DNA from: Parcubacteria group bacterium
GTDB taxonomy: Bacteria; Patescibacteriota; Minisyncoccia; Moranbacterales; UBA2206
DNA: 64,000 nucleotides
Assembly (NCBI GenBank): GCA_041674205.1
Contig: JBAYWF010000006.1
Coordinates: 410 to 64,409, forward strand
Reading direction: 5' to 3'
Shown piece by piece: positions 17,647-27,516 of the stretch. The first letter of the stretch is position 1. Every line of letters starts with the position of its first letter. The position numbers were made by a program, and so were the translations under genes. Under the pieces are notes generated by a model that worked only from the letters and a program-made list of their open reading frames with translations, made no database searches and had not been told where the DNA came from.

Positions 17647-17683
17647 TATTTCAGATAATAAAAAATAATATTCACACAAAAAA

Positions 17684-18208
17684 ATGATTAAAGTGAAGAG
17701 ATCTTTTTTGGAAAGACTTACCGGCTCGAGTAATATCGATGAAAATCAGGAATATGAAGCCCCTATCAGGCCGCTAGCTAAGATCTACGAAGAGGAGGAG
17801 GAATCCGAGGAAATGTTGATAAATTCTTCCACCAGAAGGACTGTCCCGGAAGAAAGCCCGGCATCAAATGATGACGGGGAAGGGCAGCTCACCATAGACG
17901 TCTATCAGACCGACAATGATATCGTCATCAAATCGACCATAGCGGGAGTCAAACCGGAAGACTTAGATGTGACCATCAACAGCGATATGGTCAGCATCCG
18001 CGGCGAAAGGAAAAACGAAGAAATGGTCAGTGAAGACAACTACTACTACCAGGAATGTTATTGGGGAAGTTTCTCCAGATCTGTCATCTTGCCAGTCGAT
18101 GTTTTGGCTGATAAAGCGGAAGCTTCGATGAAAAACGGGATTTTAACCATCCGCCTGCCGAAAGCCGACAATACCAAGACTAAGAAAATCCAGGTTCGCG
18201 GATTCTAG
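17684..18208 (+). CDS. Hsp20 / alpha-crystallin family small heat-shock protein
   Basis: 174 aa; alpha-crystallin domain (LTIDVYQTDNDIVIKSTIAGVKPEDLDVTI ... GILTIRLPK) with acidic N-terminal extension. Confidence 0.85.
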   Translation: MIKVKRSFLERLTGSSNIDENQEYEAPIRPLAKIYEEEEESEEMLINSSTRRTVPEESPASNDDGEGQLTIDVYQTDNDIVIKSTIAGVKPEDLDVTINSDMVSIRGERKNEEMVSEDNYYYQECYWGSFSRSVILPVDVLADKAEASMKNGILTIRLPKADNTKTKKIQVRGF

Positions 18209-18225
18209 GGCTGGAAAATGCAGCA

Positions 18226-18252
18226 AAACGCCCCGGGATACGGGGCGTTTTG
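18226..18252 (+). terminator. rho-independent terminator after hsp20
   Basis: AACGCCCCG-GGATA-CGGGGCGTT followed by TTTT. Confidence 0.65.
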
Positions 18253-18302
18253 CATATCCCAGCAGTATTGATTTTAGAGCAAATTTAGGCTATCCTTAAA
18301 TT

Positions 18303-19601
18303 ATGCCAAATTACCTGAAAATAATCATCTTTAGCTGTTTGCTCCTTATCGGAGGCAACACCGCCCTAGCCGAAACCGTCCCTTTGGGAAAGTTTTCTTC
18401 CTCCAGCCAAACCGCCGGGATATTCAAGGAGCTCACACTTAAAATCGACACGAAAACCTATCCGTTGTCCGAAGCGGAGATTTCCAGCTGGATCAAAGAA
18501 AAAAATATCCTTACCTACAATCCGGATTATGTTTCCGAAATTGAAAACAAAGATATCTGCCAATACGGGAAATCCATCCTGTGCGCGTTAATGCTAAGCC
18601 TGGAAGACAGGAATCATATCCAAAAATCTTCAGTCCTCTATTTGGATACCGAGTCAACAAAGCGGTTCGTTGAAGATCTTTCCAGACAGGCAAACATAGA
18701 ACCGACCAATGCCAAACTGATCATAGAAAACGGCAAGGTTTCAGTCTTCACCCTAAGCCAGCAAGGCATCGAGCTTGACCGAGAAAAAAGCGTCGCCATC
18801 CTAGCCAGCCACCTGGCACGCAAAGAGGCATCCGACACCCTTGATTTGCCCTACATCCGGAAAAATCCTGAAATCAGAATGGATTCCATCGACAATCTCG
18901 GCATCACCTCCCTTATCGGCGAGGGGCGTTCGAATTTCCGCGGTTCCCCGAAAAACCGTATTTTCAATATCAAGGTCGCTACCAACCGCTTCAATGGAAC
19001 GCTCATCAAGCCAGGTGAAGAATTTTCTTTTGTAAAAATATTGGGTGAAGTCGATGGCGAGCATGGCTATCTGCCGGAATTGGTCATAAAAAAAGACAAG
19101 ACCGAACCGGAATTCGGCGGCGGGATCTGCCAAGTTTCAACCACGGCTTTCCGCGCCGCTATTTATGGCGGTCTTGAAATAACAGCCCGCCGCAATCACG
19201 CCTACCCGGTTTCCTATTATAATCCCCAGGGTATGGATGCCACGGTCTATGTGCCCCGGCCCGATTTGCGTTTCGTCAATAATACCCCCGGCCATATCCT
19301 GATCCAGACTGAAATTGTCGGAACGGAATTGATATTCAGGTTTTTCGGCACTTCGGATGGCCGGAAGACCGATGTGATCGGACCGACCATTCTTGAAAGA
19401 AAGCCGGACGGATCGATGAAAACGACCTTTTCCCAGCAAGTATTCGATGCTGACGGCAAATTGATTCGCGAAGACGTCTTCAACAGCAGTTATGATTCTC
19501 CGAACAAATACCCGCATCCCGGACAGATATTGACTGAAAAGCCCAATGATTGGTCGAAAAACGAATGGTCGAAATACTTAAAAGAGAACAAGCGGAATTA
19601 G
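18303..19601 (+). CDS. VanW-family protein (secreted)
   Basis: 432 aa; signal peptide; EFGGGICQVSTTAFRAAIYGGLEITARRNHAYPVSYYNPQGMDATVY matches the VanW-like domain signature. Confidence 0.75.
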   Translation: MPNYLKIIIFSCLLLIGGNTALAETVPLGKFSSSSQTAGIFKELTLKIDTKTYPLSEAEISSWIKEKNILTYNPDYVSEIENKDICQYGKSILCALMLSLEDRNHIQKSSVLYLDTESTKRFVEDLSRQANIEPTNAKLIIENGKVSVFTLSQQGIELDREKSVAILASHLARKEASDTLDLPYIRKNPEIRMDSIDNLGITSLIGEGRSNFRGSPKNRIFNIKVATNRFNGTLIKPGEEFSFVKILGEVDGEHGYLPELVIKKDKTEPEFGGGICQVSTTAFRAAIYGGLEITARRNHAYPVSYYNPQGMDATVYVPRPDLRFVNNTPGHILIQTEIVGTELIFRFFGTSDGRKTDVIGPTILERKPDGSMKTTFSQQVFDADGKLIREDVFNSSYDSPNKYPHPGQILTEKPNDWSKNEWSKYLKENKRN

Positions 19602-19707
19602 CCGTCAAAATATTGACTGGTTGCACTTTTCCTGCTAGGATGGCTATATTGCCTTTAGGCAATTTTATATTGTGACTTTTATCACGCCCCTTAAAGCCTT
19701 GAATTCT

Positions 19708-19780
19708 GCGCCTGTAGCTCAGTGGATAGAGCAGTAGCCTTCTAAGCTATTGGTCGCAGGTTCGATTCCTGCCAGGCGCA
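19708..19780 (+). tRNA. tRNA-Arg (anticodon UCU)
   Basis: Acceptor GCGCCTG / CAGGCGC; anticodon loop CTTCTAA; T-arm GCAGG-TTCGATT-CCTGC; CCA not encoded. Confidence 0.8.
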
Positions 19781-19795
19781 CATAAAATCATCAAC

Positions 19796-19869
19796 GCACC
19801 CATAGCTCAGTTGGTAGAGCAGATCCCTCTTAAGGATATGGTCCTAGGTTCAAGTCCTAGTGGGTGCAC
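19796..19869 (+). tRNA. tRNA-Lys (anticodon CUU)
   Basis: Acceptor GCACCCA / TGGGTGC; anticodon loop CTCTTAA; T-arm CTAGG-TTCAAGT-CCTAG. Confidence 0.75.
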
Positions 19870-19897
19870 AGAAAAAAGAATGGGAAGTCTCCAGAGT

Positions 19898-19969
19898 GGC
19901 GATCATAGTTCAGTGGTAGAACATCGGTTTGTGGTACCGAGTATCTGGGTCCGATTCCCAGTGATCGCC
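19898..19969 (+). tRNA. tRNA-His (anticodon GUG) with genomically encoded G-1
   Basis: G-1 plus acceptor GCGATCA / TGATCGC with discriminator C; anticodon arm TCGGT-TTGTGGT-ACCGA; T-arm CTGGG-TCCGATT-CCCAG. Confidence 0.8.
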
Positions 19970-19999
19970 CCCCTGTAGATTTCTAAAAAATCTAGCCAT

Positions 20000-20072
20000 G
20001 CGCCCTTAGCTCAATGGATAGAGTGCCTGGCTTCGAACCAGTAGGTTGGGGGTTCGAATCCCTCAGGGCGCA
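20000..20072 (+). tRNA. tRNA-Arg (anticodon UCG)
   Basis: Acceptor GCGCCCT / AGGGCGC; anticodon loop CTTCGAA; T-loop GTTCGAATC. Confidence 0.7.
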
Positions 20073-20083
20073 CTGAAAACGAA

Positions 20084-20120
20084 AAATTCCTTTCGATTAC
20101 CGGAAGGAATTTTTGTTTTA
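20084..20120. terminator. rho-independent terminator after the tRNA array (also closes the convergent minus-strand pilus operon)
   Basis: AAATTCCTT-(11-nt loop)-AAGGAATTT followed by TTTTGTTTTATGTTTTTT. Confidence 0.65.
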
Positions 20121-20137
20121 TGTTTTTTCAAAAAAAT

Positions 20138-20467
20138 TTATTGCTTCAGTCTGAAAATATCTTTAGGAACCTCTATGTTTTTCTGATAGGCCTCCTGCCT
20201 GGAGATTATATCGCCTAGGACCTTATCGAATTTCGTCTTATTGAAATTATTCAGTTCATTTTTCGAACTGATATATTCATGCTTCTTGGTTTCGCTCCAT
20301 TGGTAATCGTATGCATACCGATACCACAGGAAACCGACATACGCGACCAAAACCAAAAACACCGAAAAGACGACCAGTGACTCATGCCGGTTGACAAAAC
20401 CGGATGTTTTTTTAAAAACATTTTTGGAGTCGATTCCAGATGGCATTTTTTTAAATCCGATTTTCAT
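20138..20467 (-). CDS. small membrane protein, last gene of the pilus operon (PilP-like position; unknown)
   Basis: 109 aa; one TM (LVVFSVFLVLVAYVGFLWY); 4-nt overlap with the upstream gene. Confidence 0.45.
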   Translation of the reverse strand: MKIGFKKMPSGIDSKNVFKKTSGFVNRHESLVVFSVFLVLVAYVGFLWYRYAYDYQWSETKKHEYISSKNELNNFNKTKFDKVLGDIISRQEAYQKNIEVPKDIFRLKQ

Positions 20468-21132
20468 TTTTTTATATAAACGACTACGTCTAGAATGCTA
20501 TTTACAACTTCCCTGGTCAGCTTTTTTTCCTGCGACCGGTCAGCGGCCGCAAAAGGATTGGAAGCTGGATTGAGGTCGGCAGTCGGATTGGCGATGGATT
20601 TTTCAATAGTTCTTTTCTCGGAACTTATCGTAATGATATTCACATATTTCTTGTAATTTTCCAACTTATTGATGAAATACAGCAAGCTCGCATAGTCGCC
20701 CTCCAAGGCGATCTGCATAGAAAGGAAATTGGAATATGCCAGCTTGCCTTTGATGTCCAGTTCACCGCTTTTCGACTTGGCCGCCGGCTTGGCAGTCGAC
20801 GGATCCTGCACTTTGAATTCGATTTTGTTGCCGGTTTGTTCAGCCATAAGTTCCAATTCTTTGATGAAATCCAATTCTTTTGATGGCTCTATTATGATAT
20901 CAAACTTATCGGCATTGTTTTCGACCTTGGCGTAATCCGATTCCATCGTGGCGATTGAAGACAGTTTTTTCTCATTCAATTCCTTATCTATCTTCTTCTG
21001 TTGGATGTCATTCGCTTTGGCGATTATCCCGCCTATCGAAGGCATAACTAAAAAATAAACGAAATTCAGTACCGCTATCATGAATATGGCCACCGCCAAT
21101 TTTATTTTGTTTTTTCTTGCGAATTCCTTCAT
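20464..21132 (-). CDS. PilO-like type IV pilus assembly protein (bitopic, coiled coil)
   Basis: 222 aa; N-terminal TM then charged coiled region; position after PilM/PilN-like genes; overlapping stop/start. Confidence 0.5.
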   Translation of the reverse strand: MKEFARKNKIKLAVAIFMIAVLNFVYFLVMPSIGGIIAKANDIQQKKIDKELNEKKLSSIATMESDYAKVENNADKFDIIIEPSKELDFIKELELMAEQTGNKIEFKVQDPSTAKPAAKSKSGELDIKGKLAYSNFLSMQIALEGDYASLLYFINKLENYKKYVNIITISSEKRTIEKSIANPTADLNPASNPFAAADRSQEKKLTREVVNSILDVVVYIKK

Positions 21133-21683
21133 TTATTTTTTATACATTCTTCTTTTATATTGAATTCTATCTGAAAATCGACATTTTCCTTGGAAACTAA
21201 GCTGGAAAGCGGCAGATTCACATCCGTAAAACAAGGTTCCTGGGAAAAACCGGCTTTCATCGCCACTAGAATATCCCGCGTATCCGCCGTTCCAGCAAGT
21301 AAAAATTTGTAATTTTTATTGGCCATCTTGACTATGCTGATGCCGTCCGGCGTCACGGCATTCAATTTCTTGAATATATCCGTCCAATATAGCTGGTCAT
21401 TTTGGATTGATTCATTGAAAGAAGCTTTGGCGTTTATTTCCTTGAAATTACTGTCCAATTCGGAAATTTTTTCATAGCGGGACTTATTCCGACCGCTTTC
21501 GGTTTCATTCACCTGCATATCCAGATTGATTTTCAATAAATAATCCAAGCTGAGAATAAGTGCGAAAAAAATAATCAGCACGAAAAACAGACTCATTTCC
21601 CAGCGCAAAATACGCCGCAACCTGCTTGATTGCGCTATTTCATTTTTTTTCCCTTCGGGAATCAGATTGAGTTTAATTTCCAT
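21129..21683 (-). CDS. PilN-like type IV pilus assembly protein
   Basis: 184 aa; basic N-terminus, single TM (MSLFFVLIIFFALILSL), periplasmic remainder; immediately downstream of pilM with overlap. Confidence 0.5.
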   Translation of the reverse strand: MEIKLNLIPEGKKNEIAQSSRLRRILRWEMSLFFVLIIFFALILSLDYLLKINLDMQVNETESGRNKSRYEKISELDSNFKEINAKASFNESIQNDQLYWTDIFKKLNAVTPDGISIVKMANKNYKFLLAGTADTRDILVAMKAGFSQEPCFTDVNLPLSSLVSKENVDFQIEFNIKEECIKNK

Positions 21684-22755
21684 AATTTAATGCCCGGATT
21701 GCCAATCCGATAGCGGTAACATATCGCACTGACACCGATTTATCCATTGCCGATAAACTGCCCCCTAAATTCAAATTGATCCAAGGATCGCCTACGACCA
21801 CATCTTTTCCGATCCGTTCGTTCAGATATTGGGCCATACCTTTCATATTCGACCCTCCTCCGCACAAGACGATCCGCTTCACTTCCTGCGATTGCTTGGA
21901 CATCTCCCCGTAAAAATCCATTGTTTTGGTTATTTCCATCACCAGATTTTCCAAAAGGGGGCTGACCGCCCTGAAAATCGGATTTCCCTCATCCCTATTT
22001 TCTATCCCATTGCTGATTTTCGCCTCCTCAGCTTCTTGATTGCTCACATTCAAAGTTTTGATTATGGCGTCATTTATGCCTTCCGATGAAAAAGGAATGC
22101 TGGAAGTGAAATATGGAACGATGCCTTCCGCGATTATGAAGCTGGTCCTTCGAGCCCCCAGATCGACGATCAAACTCACCGCTTCATCCATAGCGGTATT
22201 GTTTTTTACCAGGCTGCGGATGGTCGCCATCGATTCGATTTCCAATCCATAAACATCCAATCCGGCTGAAGCCAGAACCCCCATCCAATCATCGACGACT
22301 TCGCGCGATACCGCCGCCGTCAAAACTTTCTGGGTTTTATTATCCTTGTCATCCAAAAACTGCCAATCATAATACACCTCGTCAAGCAACATCGGCATAC
22401 TGGCTTCCATTTCCCACCGCACCGCCTCATGGGCCTCCTCTTCGCTCATCTTCGGAATGGTTATTATCCGCACGAAGGCTTTCGACTCAGGCAATGAACA
22501 AATCACCTTATTGGAATTTATTTTTTTGGCACTGGGTGATTTCAACAAGGTCTTTATCGCAGCGGCGACCTGCTCTTTGTTGATTATCCGACCGTCTTCG
22601 ATATTGCCTAGCGGGATATCCAATGACCCGTAGCCGCGGACTGCGTCTTTTTTGCCATTTTTTTCCAACTGGAAAACCTTGACTGAAAGATCGCTCAGGT
22701 CCAATCCGAAAATCCTCGGCTCTAAATTTATTATGTTTTTATTCAAAAAACCCAT
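21673..22755 (-). CDS. pilM: type IV pilus assembly protein PilM (actin-like ATPase fold)
   Basis: 360 aa; FGLDLSDLSVKVFQL N-terminus; C-terminal IVLCGGGSNMKGMAQYLNERIGKDVVVGDPW typical of PilM/FtsA-like proteins. Confidence 0.75.
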   Translation of the reverse strand: MGFLNKNIINLEPRIFGLDLSDLSVKVFQLEKNGKKDAVRGYGSLDIPLGNIEDGRIINKEQVAAAIKTLLKSPSAKKINSNKVICSLPESKAFVRIITIPKMSEEEAHEAVRWEMEASMPMLLDEVYYDWQFLDDKDNKTQKVLTAAVSREVVDDWMGVLASAGLDVYGLEIESMATIRSLVKNNTAMDEAVSLIVDLGARRTSFIIAEGIVPYFTSSIPFSSEGINDAIIKTLNVSNQEAEEAKISNGIENRDEGNPIFRAVSPLLENLVMEITKTMDFYGEMSKQSQEVKRIVLCGGGSNMKGMAQYLNERIGKDVVVGDPWINLNLGGSLSAMDKSVSVRYVTAIGLAIRALNYGN

Positions 22756-22781
22756 ATCCTGGCTTGTAATTTTCTAATCCA

Positions 22782-24215
22782 TTATAACTCATCCCAAAGA
22801 TCAATGGAATATTCGGTGCCGGTCGGAAAATACGGCGGCGGATAATATAGCAGATTATTGTCGAAGTTCAGGATGCGCGTATGGTATCCGGTTCCGTCCG
22901 TATAGGCGAAGCCATAACGCAGGTTGGTCGCGATCGAACCATTGACCGTTATTGAGTCCCTATCATAAAAGGAACTGTAATAATCGCGGCCGACTCGTCC
23001 GGATTGCGCCAGCAACGCCGCATCGATAGTCAAGTTATTCAAACTGTCCCTGACGACGCTTACATCCTGTTGGGAGATCAATCCGATGATATCTTTGCCG
23101 TCGGAATTGGTATAAAGCAGATTGTCTTCACCGATATAGATATTCGGCTTTGTCCCGCCGATCAAATTAGCCGCGACGATCGTTATTTTTGCGCTATTGA
23201 TTATCCCTTCCACCCAAACATTATCCTCGACGAAAATCACTCCGTTATTCGGGATAGGATAGGTCTGGAAACAATCCGGATCGCTGCAGGAACTGCAACT
23301 GCCCCCTTTCGTGTGTTTTTTATATTTGGAAACGCCATGCGAGGTGGAATTGAACGTATCCACCGTACATATATCGAAAGTATCGTTGTTCTTGAGGACT
23401 ATTTTCCTGCCGTTTCCAGTTTGGTCGAAATACAAGCCATGTCCCGCAATTTTCGATTCCGCCTTCATATTGTTCAAATCCGCCAGTAACCCATTGAAGT
23501 CGACCGTCGGTACCGGGAATTGCCGCCCAGCCTGGAAAACATCCGTGCGTTGCGGGACCGGGTTCGGAGGTAATGGGTCGACCGGGGCGATATGGGTATG
23601 CACGCCGAATTCATTGCCACCCCAATGGTCCGGATCGTCATATTTATCCATAGAACTACTGACAATATTATGGGCCACACCATCAAAACGGATACCATCA
23701 TTGGAATGGACTTTGCCAAATACCTGAGTGTCTTCACCGAAGCGCATAACGTCATTCGCGATTACCGCGAACTCGCTCCAGGATGGCCGCCGGAATCTGG
23801 CTTGGACCACCCTTTGGATGCCAGGTTCATTATATGTCCAACCGGTCGACCGCACCATTACGATAGTCGAATCCGTTTCAGGAGGCTGGACTTCAATCCT
23901 ATATTTGCCGATGGCTCCGCCTTCCGGATCGAAAAATTCGGCTTCATATGGAGTATCGACGCCATATGGGTCGCCTGTTTCCCAAAAAGTTTTTATCTGT
24001 TGGACGGTTTTTCCTGAAATCTGATGGGCCAGATACCACCGATAAAAATACACGCCGGCCTCGGCGATTTGAAAAGCCTGCTCCTTTTCCCCCCTATTCA
24101 AGCTGGCTTTCATCTGCGAAGAAATATATCGTAACATCGAAACCAGGATGATCGAAATTACAGCCATCATTATCAACCCGTAAGCCAAGGCTGAACCTTT
24201 TTTATTTTTTTTCAT
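22782..24215 (-). CDS. large pilus-associated protein with N-terminal hydrophobic anchor (possible minor pilin or tip-associated protein)
   Basis: 477 aa; N-terminal MKKNKKGSALAYGLIMMAVISIILVSML resembles a pilin-like helix but lacks Glu at +5; Cys cluster CSSCSDPDC. Confidence 0.4.
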   Translation of the reverse strand: MKKNKKGSALAYGLIMMAVISIILVSMLRYISSQMKASLNRGEKEQAFQIAEAGVYFYRWYLAHQISGKTVQQIKTFWETGDPYGVDTPYEAEFFDPEGGAIGKYRIEVQPPETDSTIVMVRSTGWTYNEPGIQRVVQARFRRPSWSEFAVIANDVMRFGEDTQVFGKVHSNDGIRFDGVAHNIVSSSMDKYDDPDHWGGNEFGVHTHIAPVDPLPPNPVPQRTDVFQAGRQFPVPTVDFNGLLADLNNMKAESKIAGHGLYFDQTGNGRKIVLKNNDTFDICTVDTFNSTSHGVSKYKKHTKGGSCSSCSDPDCFQTYPIPNNGVIFVEDNVWVEGIINSAKITIVAANLIGGTKPNIYIGEDNLLYTNSDGKDIIGLISQQDVSVVRDSLNNLTIDAALLAQSGRVGRDYYSSFYDRDSITVNGSIATNLRYGFAYTDGTGYHTRILNFDNNLLYYPPPYFPTGTEYSIDLWDEL

Positions 24216-24231
24216 ATTTTTGTTTCCCCAT

Positions 24232-24870
24232 TTATTTCATTCTATCATAATCATTTAAATTGCGCAGTTCCACGAATGACTGGGTTTCGATATTATCCGG
24301 CGCCCGATTTGGATCAATGTTTATTTTCAGAGATATCCTGACGAGCCTAATATTGGAAACATCTACCGGCATCGCCACCGGGTTGTTTACCGTATCTCCA
24401 GGATAATCCTTATTATAATAGTAAAAAATGGGTTCATCAGCCGCGTTGACGATCCTTTCAGCCAAAATCTTCGCTTGTTGGTCCGATGTTTCATATGTTT
24501 TGGGGATTCCAGTCGTCGGTTTCGTTATACCCATTATTATTTGCCCGCCCTGCAAATAAAAATGGAGTCTCTCCGTAACGCCGTCCTTGTCGTAGTCGGA
24601 AAAAACCACCAGATCATTCTCAGCAGCCGATTTGATGGGATACGAACCATCATCAGCTTGCCGCACTTTACGCAGATAACCCACCATATTATTAACACCC
24701 TGGGAAACCGCGTAAGATGATTGTCCCATTTCGATCGTATAGGAATTCATTTTCCAACTGCGCACGAACAATAGCGTGAATCCTAAAATGGCGATGGTGA
24801 AAATTGAAATGGCGACTATCATCTCGATGATCGTCATACCGGAATATTCTTTTTTCTGCCAATTATCCAT
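24232..24870 (-). CDS. type IV pilin / pseudopilin (prepilin-type N-terminal cleavage/methylation domain)
   Basis: 212 aa; canonical class III signal KKEYSG|MTIIEMIVAISIF (Gly at -1, Glu at +5). Confidence 0.75.
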   Translation of the reverse strand: MDNWQKKEYSGMTIIEMIVAISIFTIAILGFTLLFVRSWKMNSYTIEMGQSSYAVSQGVNNMVGYLRKVRQADDGSYPIKSAAENDLVVFSDYDKDGVTERLHFYLQGGQIIMGITKPTTGIPKTYETSDQQAKILAERIVNAADEPIFYYYNKDYPGDTVNNPVAMPVDVSNIRLVRISLKINIDPNRAPDNIETQSFVELRNLNDYDRMK

Positions 24871-24874
24871 AATT

Positions 24875-26263
24875 TTATTCGATAGCGGTTAATTTTATTT
24901 GCTGCGTCGTCAATTTGTCGATTTCCACCGCACCGGAATATTCCACATATCCTTCTGCTGTTATCTTCAGATTGTATGTACCAGCGACAAGCGGGTCGGT
25001 TGAAACAGGGAAGAAAACGACCCCGTCTACCGAACTTGTCGAATTCCCGCTATAACCTTCCGTATTGGTCAATTCCACATAGGCATCCGCCAATGGTGCG
25101 TCATCCGCCGCCTTAAGCACGCTGACCAACAGGGCATTATCATCATTTTTAGCGAACCTTATCGCAACCTCCTGTGAATTTCCCGGAACGAGCAATACCG
25201 CATATTTATTTTCGATAGGGTCAAAGCTCGATAAATTGTCCAAACCGATCAGCGTATATCCCTCTATCGCCCCTATGCCGGAAATGAAAAACTGGCTCGG
25301 ACTGATATCTTCGAAATTTTCCTCGCCATTCTCATCCGTCACGCTATCGGAAACTAGATTATATACGGGCGCCGCCGGAGACTGCAACATATCATAACCC
25401 AAAATCCTGCCGCCTTCCATATGGAAAGCGACGTTCGGCAAAGGATTGCCCAGATAATCGACGGATAGAAATTTCAAACTGATCAGCTTGTCTTCAACGA
25501 TGCTTTTCACGTTCAACATATTTTCAACGACCGAAGCCGGGGTGTCGATGACCGAATATGTGACTGAAGACGGGTCGATTGTTTCCACCGTCTCATATCC
25601 GTCTTTGGAAACGGTGATGCCATACCCTTGGATGGATTGCTGGGCTCCCGGCAACATCAGATTACCGGTATCATCCGTCATAACGGACAGGTTAACTTCC
25701 GGAGATACTTCGCTGTTGACGATATGCACCAAGGTCTGCGGGACTCCGATTCCGTCACTGCCGATGACATTCACTGAAAGCGTACCGCCAGCCAGGTTTT
25801 GTTCTATGCCTGGTGGGACGAATCTGGCTATCAAAGACACGTCACTATCATTGCCGCCCGCCCCATTCCAAGAAACCGTGACTTTGACCCGCTTGTAATC
25901 CAGATCGATCGGGCTGATTCCGTCAAACGGATCATCCACGTATTGGATGAAAGTCTTGACGTGGTATGTATGGCCGCTTTCAGTAACATCCTCTTCGGCC
26001 GGTATGCTTCCGCTCGGTATTCCCCCTATGATTCCGATGCTATCATATTTGAGATTCCTGACTATCTCCATTTTTTCATTCGCCAAAGCCACCGCCCCGA
26101 AATGATTTTTCGATTCGATGATATATCTGCCGCCCAAGGTAAAAACCGAGTAGAAAGTCACAGTGATTACTGAAAACACGAAAAGCAACACCAAAGCTTC
26201 GACCAGGGTAAAAGCTGGCGCATTCGAGATTATGGAAAATTTTTGGTTTTTTTTCATATTCAT
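24875..26263 (-). CDS. large pilin-like protein with prepilin-type N-terminus and Ig-like/beta-sandwich body
   Basis: Start chosen at MNMKKNQKFSIISNAPA|FTLVEALVLLFVFSVI (Glu at +5, Ala rather than Gly at -1); about 460 aa; the upstream in-frame extension lacks an RBS. Confidence 0.6.
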   Translation of the reverse strand: MNMKKNQKFSIISNAPAFTLVEALVLLFVFSVITVTFYSVFTLGGRYIIESKNHFGAVALANEKMEIVRNLKYDSIGIIGGIPSGSIPAEEDVTESGHTYHVKTFIQYVDDPFDGISPIDLDYKRVKVTVSWNGAGGNDSDVSLIARFVPPGIEQNLAGGTLSVNVIGSDGIGVPQTLVHIVNSEVSPEVNLSVMTDDTGNLMLPGAQQSIQGYGITVSKDGYETVETIDPSSVTYSVIDTPASVVENMLNVKSIVEDKLISLKFLSVDYLGNPLPNVAFHMEGGRILGYDMLQSPAAPVYNLVSDSVTDENGEENFEDISPSQFFISGIGAIEGYTLIGLDNLSSFDPIENKYAVLLVPGNSQEVAIRFAKNDDNALLVSVLKAADDAPLADAYVELTNTEGYSGNSTSSVDGVVFFPVSTDPLVAGTYNLKITAEGYVEYSGAVEIDKLTTQQIKLTAIE

Positions 26264-26279
26264 TCTGATTTTAAAATTC

Positions 26280-27500
26280 CTATTTGATATTTTCCAGCAC
26301 GCTATACATCGGTTGCAGGATGGAAACCGCGAAAAATCCGACAACGGTTCCGATCAAGAGCATCAAAACCGGCTCGATTATGGAAGACAAATTTTTGGTT
26401 ATCTGGTCGACATCGGCCTCATAAAATTCGGCGAGTTTGGCCAAAACCACTTCGGTTTTTCCGGTTTCCTCACCCACTTCGATCATTTGCGGCACCAAGA
26501 CAGGGAAAATCTTCTTTTCGGAGAAAATTATCTTGCTCAAATTGACACCTTTTTGCACGTCCACCACCGCGCGCGCCAGCGCGTTCTGGTAATAAAAATT
26601 GGTCAGGGTTTTGGAAAGTATTTTCAAGGATTCCACGACGGAAACGCCGCTCTTCAAAAGGGAACTGTAGATCCGCGCGAACCTGGCGCAATTCACTTTG
26701 ATTACTATGTTTTTAATTACCGGAAGATTGATCAGGATAAGACTGGCCATCTTTTTGCCCACTTCGGTCGTAGATAAAAATTTGACCGCGACGCCGAACA
26801 GGGGAAACAGGAAAACCAAGGCGTACCAATAATTCCTAATCACGTCGCTCATAGAGATAATAAACTGGGTTGAAGCCGGCAAGGTCGCATCCAAATCCTC
26901 GAATACGCCGGTTATCTGCGGCACGACATAAACCATCATCACGATACCGATCAGGCCCATCGCGACCAGGATGACCGCCGGATACACCAGGGCGCCCGTA
27001 ACTTTCTTGATAAGCTCATGGTCCTTTTCCAGCTGCATCGCCAAAATATTCAAAACTTCCTCCAAATTGCCGCTTACCTCGCCGACCCGGATCATATTCA
27101 CGAAAAGCTCATCAAAGATGCCTGGAAATTTCGCCAGGCTGTCCGCGAAACTGATTCCGGTCTGGATATCGTTATTCACGTGATCGAGGACACTGATGAA
27201 CTTCTTGTTTTGGGTTTGCGCTTTGATATTCTGCAATGATTTTGACAACGGCATCCCGGAGGATATCATTACGCTTAAATTCTTGGCGAACATCATTTTT
27301 TCCGCCACCGATATCCCGATGAACCGGTCCATAAATCTTATTTTGATAGTCTGGTCGTCCTCGTTTTTCAACTCTTTGACAGACGTCAAAACGAACCCCT
27401 CGGCCCGCAATTGCTCGTCTAGTTCACGTTCATCTTTGACTTTCGCCTCGCCGCTCTTGGTTTCCCCGAAGAAGCCTTTTGCGGTATAAAATACATCCAT
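26280..27500 (-). CDS. pilC: type IV pilus inner-membrane platform protein PilC (GspF family)
   Basis: 406 aa; two T2SS-F domains; three TM regions. Confidence 0.85.
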   Translation of the reverse strand: MDVFYTAKGFFGETKSGEAKVKDERELDEQLRAEGFVLTSVKELKNEDDQTIKIRFMDRFIGISVAEKMMFAKNLSVMISSGMPLSKSLQNIKAQTQNKKFISVLDHVNNDIQTGISFADSLAKFPGIFDELFVNMIRVGEVSGNLEEVLNILAMQLEKDHELIKKVTGALVYPAVILVAMGLIGIVMMVYVVPQITGVFEDLDATLPASTQFIISMSDVIRNYWYALVFLFPLFGVAVKFLSTTEVGKKMASLILINLPVIKNIVIKVNCARFARIYSSLLKSGVSVVESLKILSKTLTNFYYQNALARAVVDVQKGVNLSKIIFSEKKIFPVLVPQMIEVGEETGKTEVVLAKLAEFYEADVDQITKNLSSIIEPVLMLLIGTVVGFFAVSILQPMYSVLENIK

Positions 27501-27516
27501 AATTGGAAATTTAAAA

